DNA of 63,929 nt, counting the filler, from Reclinomonas americana ATCC 50394 (Eukaryota), in NCBI GenBank assembly GCA_048213135.1. It is 19 parts of 19 records of this genome, joined end to end, with 100 filler letters (N's around TTAATTAATTAA, not from the genome) between each part and the next. Parts side by side here need not be neighbours in the genome. Positions count along the whole stretch, not along the records: positions 57,552 to 62,751 come from AFZH01020503.1; positions 62,852 to 63,929 come from AFZH01020579.1; 17 more parts are not named here. One strand, written 5' to 3'. Below the pieces are notes generated by a model. It searched no databases. It saw nothing but the letters and a program-made list of their open reading frames with translations, and had not been told where the DNA came from. The first letter of the stretch is position 1. Every line of letters begins with the position of its first letter. The translations under genes and the position numbers were made by a program. Positions 60,534 through 63,929 of this stretch are shown here, in pieces.

Positions 60534-61513
60534 TTACAGAACCACATTGCCGGGGCCCTTCTTGCGACTGCCGCCGCTGACCGCCGCCTCGTACGACGGT
60601 GGTGGCACAGCAGGTCGCGGCGAGGCCACTGGTGACGCGTACGCCGAACCAAATCCGCCCGGACCTACTCCCGCCCGTGAGACAGCAACGAAAACAACAC
60701 AACGAGGACCAACCGTGTCGCGTACACGCAACTGGTGTCCTTGCGGAAGGTGATGAACGAAAAGACGGCGGCGACAGGCTTGAACAGCAGCGCCATGATG
60801 CCAAAGCCCAACGACGCCTTGTGCGCCGAGTCCTGCTGGCCAATGGAGATGGCAAACGAGGCCAGATACACAATGTCTATGTATCGCGCAATGAGAAGCT
60901 GGGCGTGCATGTTGCGGAAAAGAGGACAAGAGACTGACCGGCAATGATGCTCAGGCCCAGCATGATGAGGAAGTGCAGCTGTGAGTTTGCTCGCTTTGTG
61001 GTGGCCGCGTACACTCCAAAGAAGCCAATCGCCGCGTTGTAGGCCATGACTGTGAGAGAGTGTGAGGAAATGTGTGACTGCAAAGAGTTGACTTGAGAGA
61101 TGCGCAACATTGATCCTGCACGCACAAGCAGAGAGTGAGACGCAGAGAAGGGTGGGAGGCACATGGAGGAGCACGCAACATCGCTGGAGGCTTGCGAGAT
61201 GATTGTGCTTCCCTGCAGATAGTGTGCGTCAGTGACAATGTCGCACAACAGACACACGCGCGCACACGCCGCACCAGAATGCACATGCATGAGAGCATCA
61301 ACACCGCTGTGCACGCATGTTCCGCAGAGGGTGAGTGCGAGGAAGACACAACAAGAGGAAAAGTTGAGGCAAACAAAAAAAGAGTGCACAAACCCGGTCC
61401 GTTGACCATTTCTGCACAGTGAGTGAGAAAGAGAGTGAGAGTGTGCAATGAACGCCGAGTGGGTGCAACGACGCGCAACTCTGCGTAAAAGGTTGACGAT
61501 TTCCACAGTCCAT
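60534..61513 (-). CDS. AGTRAP-like small membrane protein, paralog B
   Basis: DQFMAYNAAIGFFGVY..FLIMLGLSIIA..DIVYLA..LGFGIMALLFKPVAAVFSFITFRK, with a PPSY motif in the tail; built from very short exons. Confidence 0.6.
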
Positions 61514-61785
61514 TCCGTCGAGAAGAAGTCGTCTTTCGCTCAGTCACAGGTGCGCCGCTGCCACTCCTCTTTGTTTGTTGCACGTGTGCATGTAGTGCGC
61601 ATCACGCAGAGTCTGTGTGTGGTGCACGAATTGTGTTTTGAGGGCGCGCGCGTGGACCGTTGAGCTGACATGTTTGATGTTCTCTCTCTCTCCCCCTCGC
61701 TCGCTGTGTGTGTGCTTGCAGAGCCTGTGTCATCTCTCTCTCTCTCCTCCAGCGTGCACGTTTGCCTCGCATCTTCACCGCAACC

Positions 61786-62717
61786 ATGTTGATCAAGGAA
61801 TAGTTGCGTTTGTTTGTTTCGCGCGTGTGCGCGTGCTCTCACACACACAGTTGTCACTCATCGTGCTGTGCGTGCGTGTGATGCAGTCGAGTGGTGCTCC
61901 CCATGTCAGTGGAGGAGGTGCGTGTGCTGATGCAATGGCCTGTGTGAGTGAGTGAGTGAGCGAGAGGCTGATGGTGGCGGGCATGTCGCGCTCTCTGTGT
62001 GCACAGTATCACGTGGGACAGCTGTATGGAGTGGCCAAGGCATCGCGACAGATGAGCAACTCCAAGGAGCGCGTGGAGGTCTTGGTCAATGAGCCATACG
62101 AGAAGGAGACACCGACGGGCATGGAGAAGGGCCAGGTGAGGAGTAGCAGCAGCAGCAGTTGTCTCTCTGTCTGCGGCGATACTCAACACACTCTCTCTCT
62201 TTCGTGGCGCAGTACACAGAAAAGATCTATCACATTGCAAGGTGGGGCTTTTCGTTGTGTGGCGCGATCATCATCGTCAATGCTGATTCCGATTGCAGTC
62301 GTGTGCCGGGATGGATCCGATGGGCGATTCCCGGTCGCTGGATGCAGCTGCACGAGAAGGCGTGGAACGCGTACCCGTACTGCCGCACAGGTGCGCGGCC
62401 TGCTTCATTCAGCACTCGTCGTCTCCGTGTCACGTGTCATCGGAGTTGATGGTGTTGGTTGTGGTTTTTTTCGGCAGTGCTGACAACCCCGGCGTTGAAC
62501 AAATTTGAGATCTCGGTGACCACCATTCATGCGGCGGGTGGCCCGGTAGAGCCCAACATCCATCACCTGGAGGGCAAGGATCTGGATAAGCGCGAGGTGG
62601 TGATTGTGGACATGGCGTTCGATGCACTCGATCAGGAGGACTACAAGGCGGAGGAGGATCCGACCATTGTGGCGTCGGCAAAGACCGGCCGTGGTCCGTT
62701 GGCACGGGACTGGAAGG
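61786..62717 (+). CDS. Phosphatidylinositol transfer protein (class I PITP); 3' end in gap
   Basis: [67 protein letters not shown]. Confidence 0.92.
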
Positions 62718-62851
62718 TGTGGAGAAGGGAGGGAGGGAGGGAGAGAGGAAANNNNNNNNNNNNNNNNNNNNNNNNNNNNNNNNNNNNNNNNNNNNTTAAT
62801 TAATTAANNNNNNNNNNNNNNNNNNNNNNNNNNNNNNNNNNNNNNNNNNNN

Positions 62852-62916
<65 letters not shown>

Positions 62917-63147
62917 GAGGGGGGGGGAGGGAGAGAGAGAGAGAACGAAGAGAGAGAGAGACACACACGCGCACACTTCCCGCCCCAATCACTCTGATAC
63001 TTCCACTCAGTTGTCTCTTTTGGTCTCACTCTCAGTCGCTCTCATTTGCATGCTTGCTCCCTCTGAGAGAGCACAGACAACTGGGCGAAAGAGGCGTGAC
63101 ATGCAGTCGAAGAGTTGCCTCAAGAGGCATTCTCTTTGTGTCTCTCT

Positions 63148-63182
<35 letters not shown>

Positions 63183-63592
63183 ATCTTGCCCTCACTCTCC
63201 CTTTCTTCTTGCCACTCACCGTCTCTCTCTCTCTCTCGCTCTGTCTCGCCCACTCTCCGTCTCGTTCTCTCTTTCTCACCTACTCGCTTTCTCTCTTCTC
63301 GCTCTTTCACTCTTTCTCACCCATACCGCTTCTCTCACTCACTCACTCTCATTTCTCTCTCTCTCTCTCTGTCTGTCTGTCTGTCTGTCTCTCTGTCTCT
63401 CTCTCTGTCTGTCTCTCTATCTCTCTCTCTCTCTCTCCCTCTGCTGCCTACTCTCCGCTTCTCGCTTTCTTTCTTGCCCACTCCCCGTCGGTCTCTTTAT
63501 CATTCTCACTCACTTTCTTGCCCACTCTCTCCCTCTCTCTGCGCCCTTCCTTCAATTCCACCCTTTCCCTCAACCTCGCTTTCCCTCATCAG

Positions 63593-63744
63593 GACGCCTC
63601 AACGGCGACTCTTCACCTTCTTCCGCCGCTGCTGGCGGTGACCTACCGAATGCATACGACGCCTCTGTGCTGGCCAAGGAGCGACGCGACGGACCGCTGG
63701 CGAACCTCGTGGCTGCTGGAGTACCGCATGCGATGCGCGCAATG
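63593..63744 (+). CDS. Isolated exon, probable start of a TBC/Rab-GAP domain
   Basis: CAG acceptor, then ..LANLVAAGVPHAMRAM followed by a GTGGG donor; resembles TBC motif A (LVxxGIPxxxRxxVW). Confidence 0.45.
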
Positions 63745-63929
63745 GTGGGTGCTCATCTTCAAATGGCACTTGTCTTCTCTCGTGCCGCGTTTTGTCCTAT
63801 TTCCCGCACGGTATTCTATCTGCCCGTCAGCCTTGTTTCTGGCATTGGCTCTACCCATACACACATTCATACTTTCACAGGCGGTCTCATTCTTTCCCCT
63901 TTACCTTTGCCCTCTCTCTCTCTCTCTCT

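Noticed and set aside
61801..61803. In-frame TAG/TGA codons suggesting stop-codon reassignment or selenocysteine
   Set aside because: They disappear after intron removal, and the genes end normally in TAA or TGA.
63590..63641. Frame QRRLFTFFRRCW* resembling the PITP C-terminal RRLFTNFHR motif
   Set aside because: It hits a stop immediately. Another frame gives a longer, splice-bounded TBC-like exon.

Overview
Intron-rich, GC-rich eukaryotic (protist-like) draft scaffold, read in the standard genetic code. It is broken by 18 artificial 100-nt spacers (N..TTAATTAATTAA..N). I reconstructed about 19 spliced genes by hand: an RCC1-repeat protein, a COG0523/CobW GTPase, an EGF type-I membrane protein, WDR1/AIP1, an RBR-type ligase, a BED-finger remnant, a giant HERC-like HECT ligase, a membrane protein, a PAN/apple protein, an NHL/cadherin-like surface protein, TTC21B/IFT139, a PsbP-like repeat protein, a WD40 fragment, RPB1, mitochondrial TyrRS, two AGTRAP-like paralogs, a PITP and a TBC exon. 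The main finding is in the splice signals. Besides ordinary GTNNG donors (GTGCG/GTGAG/GTTCG), 36 introns start with a one-nucleotide-shifted donor, GTTGCG, and variants GTTTCG, GTTGAG and possibly GTTACG also occur. These donors almost never have G at -1. The class is a rare curiosity in mammals but a major intron class here. WDR1 also carries a textbook U12-type AT-AC intron. All exon/intron calls are manual and lack transcript support.
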